From Burkholderiales bacterium (GTDB lineage Bacteria; Pseudomonadota; Gammaproteobacteria; Burkholderiales; SG8-39): 64,000 nt of DNA. Below the pieces are notes generated by a model, which saw only the letters and a program-made list of their open reading frames with translations, was not told the origin of the DNA and ran no database searches. Below, one piece after another: positions 48,742 through 57,914 of this stretch. A program made the position numbers and the translations under genes. The stretch is from positions 41,948 through 105,947 of the forward strand of contig DASTPE010000048.1 of NCBI GenBank assembly GCA_035762345.1. Reading direction: 5' to 3'. Every line of letters begins with the position of its first letter. The first letter of the stretch is position 1.

Positions 48742-49998
48742 ATGGCGCTGATCGTCCAGAAGTTTGGCGGCACTTCGGTCGGCTCGGTCGAGCGGATCAA
48801 AAACGTCGCCCGCCGCGTCGCGAAATGGAAGGCCGCCGGGCACGACCTAGTCGTCGTGCCCTCGGCGATGGCGGGCGAGACCAACCGCCTGATCGCGCTC
48901 GCGCAGAGCCTGCAGTCGCCGCCCGATGGGCGCGAGCTCGACGTGGTCGCCTCGACCGGCGAGCAGATCACCATCGGCCTGCTGTCGATGTCGCTGATGG
49001 CGCTCGGCGTCAAGGCGCGCAGCTACACGGGCTGGCAGGTCCGGGTGCTGACGGACTCCGCCTTCACCAGGTCGAGAATCGTCGAAATCCAGGATGAAAG
49101 AATCCGGCAGGACCTGAAGGACGGCGCCGTGGTCGTGGTTGCCGGCTACCAAGGCGTGGACGCGCACGGCAATATCACCACGCTCGGCCGCGGCGGCTCG
49201 GACACCTCTGCGGTGGCGCTCGCCGCAGCCCTGAAGGCCCACGAGTGCCAGATCTACACCGACGTCGACGGCGTGTACACCACCGATCCGCGGGTCGTGC
49301 CCGAGGCGCGCCGCCTGCGCACCATCACGTTCGAGGAAATGCTCGAGATGGCGGGCGCCGGCTCCAAGGTGCTGCAGATCCGCTCGGTGGAGTTCGCCGG
49401 CAAGTTTCGCGTGCCGACCCGCGTGCTCTCGAGCCTCACCGACCCGGAGCTGCCGGTGGCGGACGAGGCGCGCTCCGGCACGCTCGTCACATTCGAGGAA
49501 GATCCCCACATGGCGATGGAAAAGGCAGTGATTTCCGGCGTGGCGTTCAACCGCGACGAGGCCAAGATCACGGTGCACGATGTGCCCGACCGCCCGGGCA
49601 TCGCGTACGCGATCCTCGGCCCGATCGCGGACGCCAATATCGATGTCGACGTCATCGTGCAGAACGTGGGCCACGACGGCATGACCGACCTTTCCTTCAC
49701 CGTCCACCGCAACGACTGCGCGAAGGCGCTGAAGATCCTCAAGGGACAGGTGCAGCCGCACATCCGCTGCCGCGACGTCTCGGCCGATGAGCGCATCGCC
49801 AAGGTGTCGATCGTCGGCATGGGCATGCGCTCGCACGCCGGCATCGCGGCCCAGATGTTCCGCACGCTGGCGGAGGAGGGAATCAACATCCAGATGATCT
49901 CGACCTCCGAGATCAAGATCACCGTGGTGATCGAAGAGAAGTACACCGAGCTCGCAGTGCGCGTGCTCCATAAGGCATTTGAGCTCGACCAGCAATAG
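48742..49998 (+). CDS. lysC: Aspartate kinase
   Basis: The N-terminus reads [39 protein letters not shown] and two C-terminal ACT domains are present. Confidence 0.95.
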   Translation: MALIVQKFGGTSVGSVERIKNVARRVAKWKAAGHDLVVVPSAMAGETNRLIALAQSLQSPPDGRELDVVASTGEQITIGLLSMSLMALGVKARSYTGWQVRVLTDSAFTRSRIVEIQDERIRQDLKDGAVVVVAGYQGVDAHGNITTLGRGGSDTSAVALAAALKAHECQIYTDVDGVYTTDPRVVPEARRLRTITFEEMLEMAGAGSKVLQIRSVEFAGKFRVPTRVLSSLTDPELPVADEARSGTLVTFEEDPHMAMEKAVISGVAFNRDEAKITVHDVPDRPGIAYAILGPIADANIDVDVIVQNVGHDGMTDLSFTVHRNDCAKALKILKGQVQPHIRCRDVSADERIAKVSIVGMGMRSHAGIAAQMFRTLAEEGINIQMISTSEIKITVVIEEKYTELAVRVLHKAFELDQQ

Positions 49999-50046
49999 TA
50001 AATCGGGTCAGAGCCCGAATTCTTGGCGTAAAATCCCCGCTCCTCC

Positions 50047-50140
50047 GGAGAGATGCCCGAGTGGCCGAAGGGGGCGCCCTGCTAAGGCGTTATACGGGCT
50101 TAAACCCGTATCGAGGGTTCGAATCCCTCTCTCTCCGCCA
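50047..50140 (+). tRNA. tRNA-Ser (anticodon GCU), CCA encoded
   Basis: The acceptor stem is GGAGAGA/TCTCTCC. The anticodon loop is CTGCTAA. A long variable arm is present. The T-arm reads GAGGGTTCGAATCCCTC. Confidence 0.95.
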
Positions 50141-50329
50141 AACCGTCTGGGTCCGTTCCGGACACTTAGGTGACGGATTATTCCGAGGACATTCAACTCG
50201 CCCTGTCTCGTGATCGACGAAGCCCAGGTCGTAGTGCATGAAACTCACCAGCCAGATCTTGTCCTCGACCTCACGGATGCCGTCCGCCTGGCGGCACGGG
50301 TGTGAAGCGCTCACCCGGGCGCCGCGCAT
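50141..50329 (-). mobile_element. C-terminal remnant of a DDE (rve/IS481-like) transposase abutting the tRNA
   Basis: The minus-strand frame reads ...RQADGIREVEDKIWLVSFMHYDLGFVDHETGRVE..NNPSPK.. This matches the characteristic ...EV.DgIWlVSFmdYDLGy.D.E...lEP..NPFgPKvlP tail of these transposases. No catalytic domain and no inverted repeat was recognised. Confidence 0.55.
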
Positions 50330-50703
50330 TTTACCCTTCGCGCGGCATCCTCGGCGCTCACAGGAGCCTGAGATTCGGGCCCACAGCTACGGGTTCGTCA
50401 GTGGCCATGGCCCCACAGAAGGCCCAAAAGCGGCGCTCTTTCAGAGCGTGGAACACGGACCTTAGGGAAATGAACTTCATGCGGCACAGTATTCTTCGCC
50501 GCATGCGGCGGCGCTATCGGCGGCGGCGGAACTGGCGTTCGGAGGACCGCGCATCCAGAGGTAGGCGGATTCTTACCAACAGGCAGCTATGCGGACGCCC
50601 CCTCAAATTATTTCTGGCAATGCGAGACGCGCCAAAGCGTCACGAGCGCTTGAGTTCGACCTTTACCGTCAGCCGGCAACGGATTGTTTCTGTTCGGCCA
50701 GAA

Positions 50704-51972
50704 CTAACGCCGGATGGACAACAGCACCTGCCGGCTACACACTACCTCCCCTTGCATGAAACGGTGGTGGTTAGCTTCGACGGCGGCGAGGTCGTAGAGA
50801 TAGTTCACCATCACGCCGAGCGATTCAGCCAGCCCCTTGTCCGACACGTCGGCACCAAGATTGATGCGCTCAAGCCGCGCGCCGTTCTCGAGGTGGAAGC
50901 GCGCTACTGGATCGCCGCTCGTCGTCGCACCGTAGCGCGCAAGGTAAGTGGCGGCGCATGCGGTAAGCAGGGCTTCGTCGTCCCGCTCCAGTACGCCTGC
51001 GCGCGCGGCAGCGTCCAGCCGCCCAAGATCGTCTCCGTGCCGGGTGCGGATCGCCTCGGCTACCGCAACGCCCCGCGCCTTCGTCAACCACTTGCGGAAA
51101 CCGGGTACGGGAGACAAGGTACAGAACCGCTTGAGCGAAGGCACTTCACTGCGCAGCCTCTCGGCCACGCGCTTGATCAGGAAGTTGCCAAGCGATACGC
51201 CCCTTAGTCCCGGCTCGCAGTTGCTGATCGAATAGAAGGCGGCCACGCTGGCTGGCTTACCCACGCGCGGTGCCGCGCGCCTTTCCTCGATGAGGTGGGC
51301 GATCTTGCGCGGGATTGCCCCCTCAAGCGCGACCTCGACGAAGATCAAGGGCTCGTCCGGCAGCTGGGGATGGAAAAACGCGAAGCAGCGCCGGTCGGGC
51401 TGCAGGCGGCGGCGCAGGTCGCTCCAATCGCGGATGGCGTGCACCGCCTCGTGGCGAATGATCTTTTCGAGCAGCGCGGCGGGCGAGTTCCAGTCTACCT
51501 GCCGTAGGTAGAGGAAGCCGGGATTGAACCATGAACCGAGCAGGTGGCTGAAGTCGGCGTCAACCGCCCGCAACTCGGGACGGTCGCGGAGGAGGCCAGC
51601 CAGGGCGCGTCGCATCGCCACGGCGGTCGCCACCCCGCCGCTCGCGCGATTGAGACGCTGAAGGAGCACTCGTCGCGGGGGATAAACCGCCCTCTGTAGC
51701 TCGAGGATGTTTTCTCGCGATGACTCCGCGGCATAGGCGCTCGCCGCTTGCAGCACGCGCTCCTTCTCCGGTGCGAGCGCGTCGAGGTACTCGAAGAACG
51801 CGCCCCGAGCGGCGTCATCCAGCTCGCCCCACAGGCGGATCACTTCGGCGGCGACGGCCTCGCCGTTGGACGTGCCCGCTTCCGAAAGCAGCTTCTGGCA
51901 GCCCAGCTTCAGTTCCTTCAGGGCAACCGTGGCCTTCGCTTGCGCCGATCGCGTAAACAGCCCGCTTAACAC
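50704..51972 (-). CDS. Malonyl-CoA decarboxylase (MCD/MatA family)
   Basis: 422 aa with a GTG start. Motifs include WFNPGFLYLRQVDWNSPAALLEKII.HEAVH, RRCFAFFHP..PDEPLIFVEVAL, FYSISNCEPGLRGVSLGNFLIKRV and TLSPVPGFRKWL. Confidence 0.85.
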   Translation of the reverse strand: MLSGLFTRSAQAKATVALKELKLGCQKLLSEAGTSNGEAVAAEVIRLWGELDDAARGAFFEYLDALAPEKERVLQAASAYAAESSRENILELQRAVYPPRRVLLQRLNRASGGVATAVAMRRALAGLLRDRPELRAVDADFSHLLGSWFNPGFLYLRQVDWNSPAALLEKIIRHEAVHAIRDWSDLRRRLQPDRRCFAFFHPQLPDEPLIFVEVALEGAIPRKIAHLIEERRAAPRVGKPASVAAFYSISNCEPGLRGVSLGNFLIKRVAERLRSEVPSLKRFCTLSPVPGFRKWLTKARGVAVAEAIRTRHGDDLGRLDAAARAGVLERDDEALLTACAATYLARYGATTSGDPVARFHLENGARLERINLGADVSDKGLAESLGVMVNYLYDLAAVEANHHRFMQGEVVCSRQVLLSIRR

Positions 51973-52120
51973 AATGCTTTCCCCTTACTGCTTTACCTCG
52001 AGGGAATTTTGGCAGCGGGAAGCCCGCCTGACAGCTACCTGACTTGCAAGAAATTGCTAGAACTCGATGGACGAAGAGTACAAGTCGTCGAAAAACCCCT
52101 TCGCGGGCCGATTAGGAACA

Positions 52121-53806
52121 TTAGGCGCTACCTTCGCAGCGTGTCGCCGGGTCAACGCAGCCGTAGTCGCGCTGCGCGCTGTCCGCGGTGACCTTGCCCT
52201 CGCGCACGTCGCGCGCGAGCGCCTCGCGACTGCGGCAGCGAGGATCGCCGTAGCCGCCGCCGCCGGCCGAGTCCATCACGACCGTGTCGCCAGGCTTGAG
52301 CTGCGTCAGGCCGTACGGGTTGCCCGGCTTGCCGTTGACGAGGAACCGCGCGCGCGCGCCTGGCTTGCCGCCGAAGAGGCCTTCCGGTGGCATGCGGAAG
52401 CGCCCGGATTGCAGCGCCATGTTCACCGGCGGCCGCGGCGCGTAGGCAGCGTCGGGCACGCGGAACACTTCACGCCGGCCGAGCGCGCCGCGCTGCTTGC
52501 CCGCGCCTCCGGAATCGGCGATGAGCTCGCGGCGCTCCACGATGAGCGGCGCGTCGCTCTCGAGGATTTCGACCGGCGTGTTCGCACCGTTGGCGGGGAA
52601 GATGAACGACCCTTCGCCGTCGCGCTCGGCGCTCGCGCCGAGCCCGCCGCCGCGGATCAGCACCGTGTGGAACGGCCGGCCGTCGCCGCGACGCCCGTAG
52701 AATATCTGCATCGTCGCCGGGGTGCCGCCGCCCGCGGCGACCACGCGCTCGGGTAGCGCCTTCGCGAGCGCGCGATAGATCACTTCGGTGACGAAGTGGC
52801 CGATCTGCATGCGCGCCGCGACGGCTGCAGGGAAGCGGCAGTTCACCACCGTGCCTTCGGGCGCGATCAGCCGGATCGGCGCCGCGATGCCGTGGTTGTT
52901 CGGAATCTCCGGATCGAAGATGCTCTTCACCGCCATGTGCACGTAGGCGTAGGTGAAGTTGTAGACCACGTTGCCGCCCCAGTCGACCTGCGGCGAGGCG
53001 CCGCTCAGGTCGATGGTGATGTCGCTGCCTTTGATGGTGACGGTGCACGGGATGCGCACGTCGGCATGGCCCGCCATCTGTTCGATCACGCCTTCGGCGC
53101 GGTAGACGCCGGCGGGAGCGCGTGTGATCGAGGCGCGGATGCTCGCCTCGCTCGCGCGGATGATCTCCTCGCCGAGCCCATCCAGATCCGGCAGCGCGTA
53201 CTGCTCGAGCATGCGCACGATCTTCTCGGCGCACACGTGGTTCGCTGCGATCTGCGAGCGGATGTCGCCCGCCACCTGCTCGGGCGTGCGCACGTTGGCA
53301 AGGATCATGTCGAGCACGCCCTGGCTGAGCGTGCCGCCCGCGTAAAGCTTGACGAGCGGTATGAAGAGCCCTTCCTCGAACACCTCGCGGTTGTCCGAGG
53401 CGACGCGGCCGCCGATGTCCGAGTGGTGCAGGATGCAGGCGGTGAAGGCAGCGACGCGCCCGCGATGGAACACGGGGCTTAGCACGCAGACGTCGTTCAG
53501 GTGGCCGGCGAGCGCCCAGGGATCATTGGTGATGAAGATGTCCCCGGGCGCGAGCGACTCGCGTCGCATCCCTTGCACGAGCTTGCGGATGCCGAGCGCC
53601 ATCGCGCCCGATTGGCCGGGCGTCGCTAGCGTGCCCTGCGCGAGCTCGCGCCCCTGCGAATCGGTAAACATGCAAGTGTAGTCGTGCGCATCGCGTAGCA
53701 GGCTCGAGAACGCGGTTCGCGCCACCGCGGCGTCGGACTCGTCGACGATCGAAACCAGCCGCCGCCAGAGGATTTCGAGCGCGATCGGGTCGAATTTGCG
53801 AGTCAT
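52121..53806 (-). CDS. Hydantoinase B / oxoprolinase family protein
   Basis: The sequence reads DPIALEILWRRLVSIVDE...RTAFS..LRDAHDYTCMF.D..G...AQ, characteristic of HyuB. Length is 561 aa. Confidence 0.9.
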   Translation of the reverse strand: MTRKFDPIALEILWRRLVSIVDESDAAVARTAFSSLLRDAHDYTCMFTDSQGRELAQGTLATPGQSGAMALGIRKLVQGMRRESLAPGDIFITNDPWALAGHLNDVCVLSPVFHRGRVAAFTACILHHSDIGGRVASDNREVFEEGLFIPLVKLYAGGTLSQGVLDMILANVRTPEQVAGDIRSQIAANHVCAEKIVRMLEQYALPDLDGLGEEIIRASEASIRASITRAPAGVYRAEGVIEQMAGHADVRIPCTVTIKGSDITIDLSGASPQVDWGGNVVYNFTYAYVHMAVKSIFDPEIPNNHGIAAPIRLIAPEGTVVNCRFPAAVAARMQIGHFVTEVIYRALAKALPERVVAAGGGTPATMQIFYGRRGDGRPFHTVLIRGGGLGASAERDGEGSFIFPANGANTPVEILESDAPLIVERRELIADSGGAGKQRGALGRREVFRVPDAAYAPRPPVNMALQSGRFRMPPEGLFGGKPGARARFLVNGKPGNPYGLTQLKPGDTVVMDSAGGGGYGDPRCRSREALARDVREGKVTADSAQRDYGCVDPATRCEGSA

Positions 53807-55875
53807 TGGGCGACGTCGATCCAGAGGAAACCGTATTCGTCGATGCGGCCCTTGCCGGCGGCGCCGACGATCACCGTAGACTCGCGCTCCTCAACGATTG
53901 CCGGCCCGGCGATTTGCGCGCCGGGCGCGAGCTGGTAGCGGTCGTAAACGGTGTGCGGAATGAACCCTTTGACGACGGCGCAGTAGGCGCTGCGCTCGCC
54001 TTTGATCGCATCCGCCAGGCGCCCGGTGGTCGTTATTTTCGGCAGCGAAAGCAGCTTCACCGGCAAACTCGCGCGCACGCAAAAGTTGACGAACTCGACT
54101 GGCGACTCGGGGTAGGTGCGGCCGTAAAGCCGCACATAGGTCTCATCGAAGCGCCGGCGCAACTCGGCGGCGTTCAGTTTTCCGAAGTCGCCCGGCGGCA
54201 CGGCGAGCGCCGTCTCGGCGCCCTGGCCGATGAAGCGCGCCTCCACCGAGCGCGTGAACTCGACGGGGCCTTCGGCGCCCGCCTTGCGCAGCGTGCGCTC
54301 GCCCTCGGCCTCGAGCTCGCGAAAGAGCTTCTCCAGCGCGGCGAAGTCCGCCGTGGAGAAGGCTACCTTGTGGCTGCGCACGAGATCGAAGGCGCGCGGC
54401 GCGGTGAAGAAGCCGAGCGCCGAGCCGACGCCCGCGTTGGGGGGCACGACGAGGCGCGGTGCGCCAAGCTTGCACGCAAGGCCGTATGCATGAACGGGCC
54501 CCGCGCCGCCGAACGCCGCCACGGTGACGAGCTGCGGGTTGCCGCCGCGCTCGGCGATGTGCGTCTTCGCCGCGGCGGCCATGATTTCGTTGACGAGATC
54601 GTGGATGCCCCACAGCGCCTGCACGAACGGCACGCCGAGCGGATTGGCGATGCGTTCCTCGATTGCCCGGCGCGCGGCCGCGGCGTCGAGCTTCATCGTG
54701 CCGCCGAGGAAGTAGTCGGCATCGAGGTAGCCGAGCAGGAGATCCGCATCCGTGACGGTCGGCTCGCCGCCGCCGCGCGCGTAGCAGACGGGTCCCGGCT
54801 CGGCGCCCGCGCTCTCCGGGCCGACTTGCAGCGTGCCGAGGCGGCTCACGCGCGCGACGCTGCCGCCGCCTGCGCCGATTTCCATGAGATCCACCACCGG
54901 CACCTGGATGGTCAGCCCGCTGCCTTTCTGGAAGCGCTGCACACGGCCGACTTCGAAGCTCGGCACGACACCGGCGACGCCGTTCTGGATCAGGCAGGAC
55001 TTGGCCGTCGTGCCGCCCATGTCGAAGCAGAACATCTCCGGGCACTCGAAGAGCCGGCTGTAGTACTGGCCGGCGATCACCGCCGCCGTCGGCCCGGACT
55101 CGATGATGCGCACCGGAAACTCAGCCGCAGTTTCCGCCGAGGTCACTCCGCCGGAAGAAAGCATGATGAACAGTCGCCCGCGGAAGCCGAGCCGCTCGAG
55201 CCGCTCGCGCAACGTGCGCAGGTAGCGCTCGGTGAGCGGCTTCACGTAGGCGTTCGTCACCGTCGTGCTGGTGCGCTCGTGCTCGCGGATCTGCGGCAGC
55301 ACTTCGTATGAGATGGAGACTGGCACGCCGGGCAGCTCCTCGGCGAGCAGCTTCTTCAGGGCGAGCTCGTGCTGCGGGTTCTCGAACGAGTTGAGCAGGC
55401 ACACCGCGACCGACTCCACCTGCAGGGCTTTCAACGCATACAGGGTCTGCCTTGCCTGCGCCGCATCGAGCGGCTCGAGCACGCTGCCGTCGGCACGCAG
55501 GCGCTCTCTCACTTCGAGCCGGCGCTCGCGCGGCACGAGCGGCTCGGGCATCTGCGCGAAGGGGTCGTAGGCGGCGTACCGGATCTCGCGCCCGAGCTCG
55601 AGCACATCACGGAAGCCGCGCGTCGTGACGAGCCCGGTGCGCGCGCCTTTGCGCTCAATGATCGCGTTGATGACGAGCGTCGTGCCGTGGATCAGCTCTT
55701 CGAGGTTGCGCGTGCAGCCCGGGACTTCGCGCTCGAGCGCGCCGACGCCGTCGAGGATCGCCTGCGCGGGGTCGCGGGGGGTGGTGAGGCACTTGTAGCT
55801 GCGGCTCGCCCCCGTCGCCTCGTCGAGTAGCACGAAGTCCGTGAAGGTGCCGCCAACGTCGATGCCGAGGCGCAT
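53803..55875 (-). CDS. Hydantoinase A / oxoprolinase family protein
   Basis: I chose the start at MRLGIDVGGTFTDFVLLDE (ASKHA-type ATPase fold). The track's upstream extension runs into the AT-rich promoter region. Its end overlaps the HyuB start by 4 nt. Confidence 0.9.
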   Translation of the reverse strand: MRLGIDVGGTFTDFVLLDEATGASRSYKCLTTPRDPAQAILDGVGALEREVPGCTRNLEELIHGTTLVINAIIERKGARTGLVTTRGFRDVLELGREIRYAAYDPFAQMPEPLVPRERRLEVRERLRADGSVLEPLDAAQARQTLYALKALQVESVAVCLLNSFENPQHELALKKLLAEELPGVPVSISYEVLPQIREHERTSTTVTNAYVKPLTERYLRTLRERLERLGFRGRLFIMLSSGGVTSAETAAEFPVRIIESGPTAAVIAGQYYSRLFECPEMFCFDMGGTTAKSCLIQNGVAGVVPSFEVGRVQRFQKGSGLTIQVPVVDLMEIGAGGGSVARVSRLGTLQVGPESAGAEPGPVCYARGGGEPTVTDADLLLGYLDADYFLGGTMKLDAAAARRAIEERIANPLGVPFVQALWGIHDLVNEIMAAAAKTHIAERGGNPQLVTVAAFGGAGPVHAYGLACKLGAPRLVVPPNAGVGSALGFFTAPRAFDLVRSHKVAFSTADFAALEKLFRELEAEGERTLRKAGAEGPVEFTRSVEARFIGQGAETALAVPPGDFGKLNAAELRRRFDETYVRLYGRTYPESPVEFVNFCVRASLPVKLLSLPKITTTGRLADAIKGERSAYCAVVKGFIPHTVYDRYQLAPGAQIAGPAIVEERESTVIVGAAGKGRIDEYGFLWIDVAQ

Positions 55876-55903
55876 CCGGGATTTCGGGGCTTGCCAAAAT
55901 ACA

Positions 55904-55923
55904 GTATACAGTATAATGTATAC
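55904..55923. promoter_or_regulatory. Near-perfect 20-bp palindrome (candidate GntR operator) containing a TATAAT box
   Basis: In gtatacagtataatgtatac, 9 of 10 positions are self-complementary. Two GTATAC cores fit the GT-N-AC logic of FadR-type GntR operators. tataat lies at 55912-55917, with ttgcca 15 nt upstream. Confidence 0.4.
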
Positions 55924-56060
55924 GTCATGTCGGCCGGCACCATTGCCCCGGACCCCGGCTACTGCCACTGCCTGAAGAGCACGCTACCCGGGCTTGAGCT
56001 TGTCCTTATTGAGCTAGCGCAAACGGCTCTCACCGAGTCGGCCCTCCTGGGAGGAGGACA

Positions 56061-56729
56061 TTGATCGCCAAGCTGCAGGTTCTCGAGCGCCCCGAGCCGC
56101 TCGGCGACCGCGTGTATACGAGGCTGCGCGAATACCTGCGCGCCGGGCGCATCCCGCACGGCCAGCCGCTGCAAGAGGCAGCGCTCGCGGCGCAGCTCGG
56201 CGTGTCGCGCACGCCAGTGCGCGAGGCGCTCGCTCGCCTCGCGAGCGAGGGTCTCGTCGTCGCCGAAGGCCGTAGCTTCACGGTGCCGAACCTCGTGTTG
56301 CGCGACGTGGAGGAGATCTACGCGCTCAGGTTCATGCTCGAACCGGAGGCGCTGCGCGAGGTGGCCGCCAGCAAGCCCGATCGCCGGGCCCTCGCGCGGC
56401 TACGCGAGGGCCTCGAAGGCATGGCCGAGGCGCACGAGGCGGACGATGGCACCGCATTCATGGAAGCGAATTACCGCTACCGGGATGCCTGGACCGATCT
56501 CGTGCCCAATAAGCGGCTGGTGCGCGCGATCCAAATGTACGCCGATCATGTGCGCTACCTGCGCGCGTTCACGCTCGACGAGCCCGCGGTGCGCGCCATC
56601 GTGTTGAAAGGCCTCAAGCGCCTTGCGGCGGCGATCGCCGCCGGCGACGGCGATGCGGCAGCCGAGGCGATGCGCGCGCACCTCGAGAATGCGAAGCAAA
56701 TTCTCATCGACAAGATCCGGGGGACCTGA
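56061..56729 (+). CDS. GntR-family (FadR/FCD subfamily) transcriptional regulator
   Basis: The winged HTH reads LQEAALAAQLGVSRTPVREALARLASEGLV. A C-terminal all-helical FCD-type domain follows. The TTG start follows GGGAGGAGG. Confidence 0.9.
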   Translation: MIAKLQVLERPEPLGDRVYTRLREYLRAGRIPHGQPLQEAALAAQLGVSRTPVREALARLASEGLVVAEGRSFTVPNLVLRDVEEIYALRFMLEPEALREVAASKPDRRALARLREGLEGMAEAHEADDGTAFMEANYRYRDAWTDLVPNKRLVRAIQMYADHVRYLRAFTLDEPAVRAIVLKGLKRLAAAIAAGDGDAAAEAMRAHLENAKQILIDKIRGT

Positions 56730-57913
56730 TGGCTTACAGGGCGGAAATTCCCTACGGCGCCTACTGGAGCACGCCGTTCGCGCGCTGGCAGGGCGCGTTC
56801 GCCAACCTCAATTCGGTCGAGTTCGCCGCGTACGTCGTGCGCAGAGAACTCGCGCGACGCGACCTGCCGGCGAAGACCTTCGACCACGGTGTCCTCGGCT
56901 TCAGCGTGCCGCAGAAGCACTCGTTTTATGGGCTGCCTTGGCTCGCCGGGCTTGCCGGCCTCGGCCACATCGGCGGTCCGACGCTGATGCAGGCGTGCGC
57001 TACCGGCGTGCGCGTGTTGCTCGCCGGCGCACAGGAGATCGAGTGCGGCATGTCGAGCGTCAGCCTTACAGTGGCCTGCGACCGCACCTCGAACGGCCCG
57101 CATCTCTACTACCCGAACCCGCGCGGGCCGGGCGGCACCGGCACGCACGAGGACTGGGTCATGGATAACTTCGGCTGCGACCCGCTCGGCAAGCACGCCA
57201 TGGTAATAACGGCCGAGAACGTGGCGAAGAAGCACGGCCTCACGACCTCCGAGCAGCACGAAATAGTGCTGCTGCGCGAGCGCCAGTACCGGCAGGCGGT
57301 GGACGAAGGCTTCCACAAACGGTTCATGACGCTGCCCTTCGAAGTGACGGGCAGCAAGACGCCGCTCACCGGCGACGAAGGCATCCGCAGTTCGACTGCC
57401 GACGGGCTCGCCAAGCTGAAGCCGGTGGTGGAGGGCGGCACCGTCACGTACGGCGGCCAGACCTTCCCGGCCGACGGCAACGCGGCGATCGTGCTGGCGA
57501 CCGCGGACAAGGCGAAGGAATTGTCCAGGGACAAGAAGATCCGCATCCGCGTCCACGGGTTCGGGCAGGCGCGGGCGCCGCTCGCCTACATGCCCGAAGC
57601 GCCCCTACCTGCCGCTCAGCGTGCGTTGGCGCAGGCCGGCATCGCGCTGAAGGATCTGAAAGCGATCAAGACGCACAACCCGTTCGCGGTGAACGACATC
57701 CTGTTCTCGCGGGCGAACGGCGTGCCACTCGAGCGTATGAACAATTACGGTTGCTCGCTTGTGTGGGGGCATCCCCAGGCGCCGATGGGCACGCGCGCCG
57801 TGATCGAGCTCATCGAAGAGCTTGTGATGCGCGGCGGCGGCTTCGGGCTCTTCACCGGCTGCGCCGCGGGCGATACGGCGATGGCCGTCGTGCTGGAGGT
57901 GTCCGGAGGCTAG
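56729..57913 (+). CDS. Thiolase-family acetyl-CoA C-acyltransferase-like protein
   Basis: The nucleophile Cys context is MQACATGV. THNPFAV, WGHPQAPMGTR and GLFTGCAAGDTAMAVVLE (second catalytic Cys region) are also present. Confidence 0.85.
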   Translation: MAYRAEIPYGAYWSTPFARWQGAFANLNSVEFAAYVVRRELARRDLPAKTFDHGVLGFSVPQKHSFYGLPWLAGLAGLGHIGGPTLMQACATGVRVLLAGAQEIECGMSSVSLTVACDRTSNGPHLYYPNPRGPGGTGTHEDWVMDNFGCDPLGKHAMVITAENVAKKHGLTTSEQHEIVLLRERQYRQAVDEGFHKRFMTLPFEVTGSKTPLTGDEGIRSSTADGLAKLKPVVEGGTVTYGGQTFPADGNAAIVLATADKAKELSRDKKIRIRVHGFGQARAPLAYMPEAPLPAAQRALAQAGIALKDLKAIKTHNPFAVNDILFSRANGVPLERMNNYGCSLVWGHPQAPMGTRAVIELIEELVMRGGGFGLFTGCAAGDTAMAVVLEVSGG

Positions 57914-57914
57914 C

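Noticed and set aside
50302-51207. 301-aa plus-strand ORF downstream of tRNA-Ser(GCU)
   Set aside because: Its second half is antisense to the well-supported malonyl-CoA decarboxylase gene. Its first half is Arg-rich low-complexity sequence. No domain was recognised.
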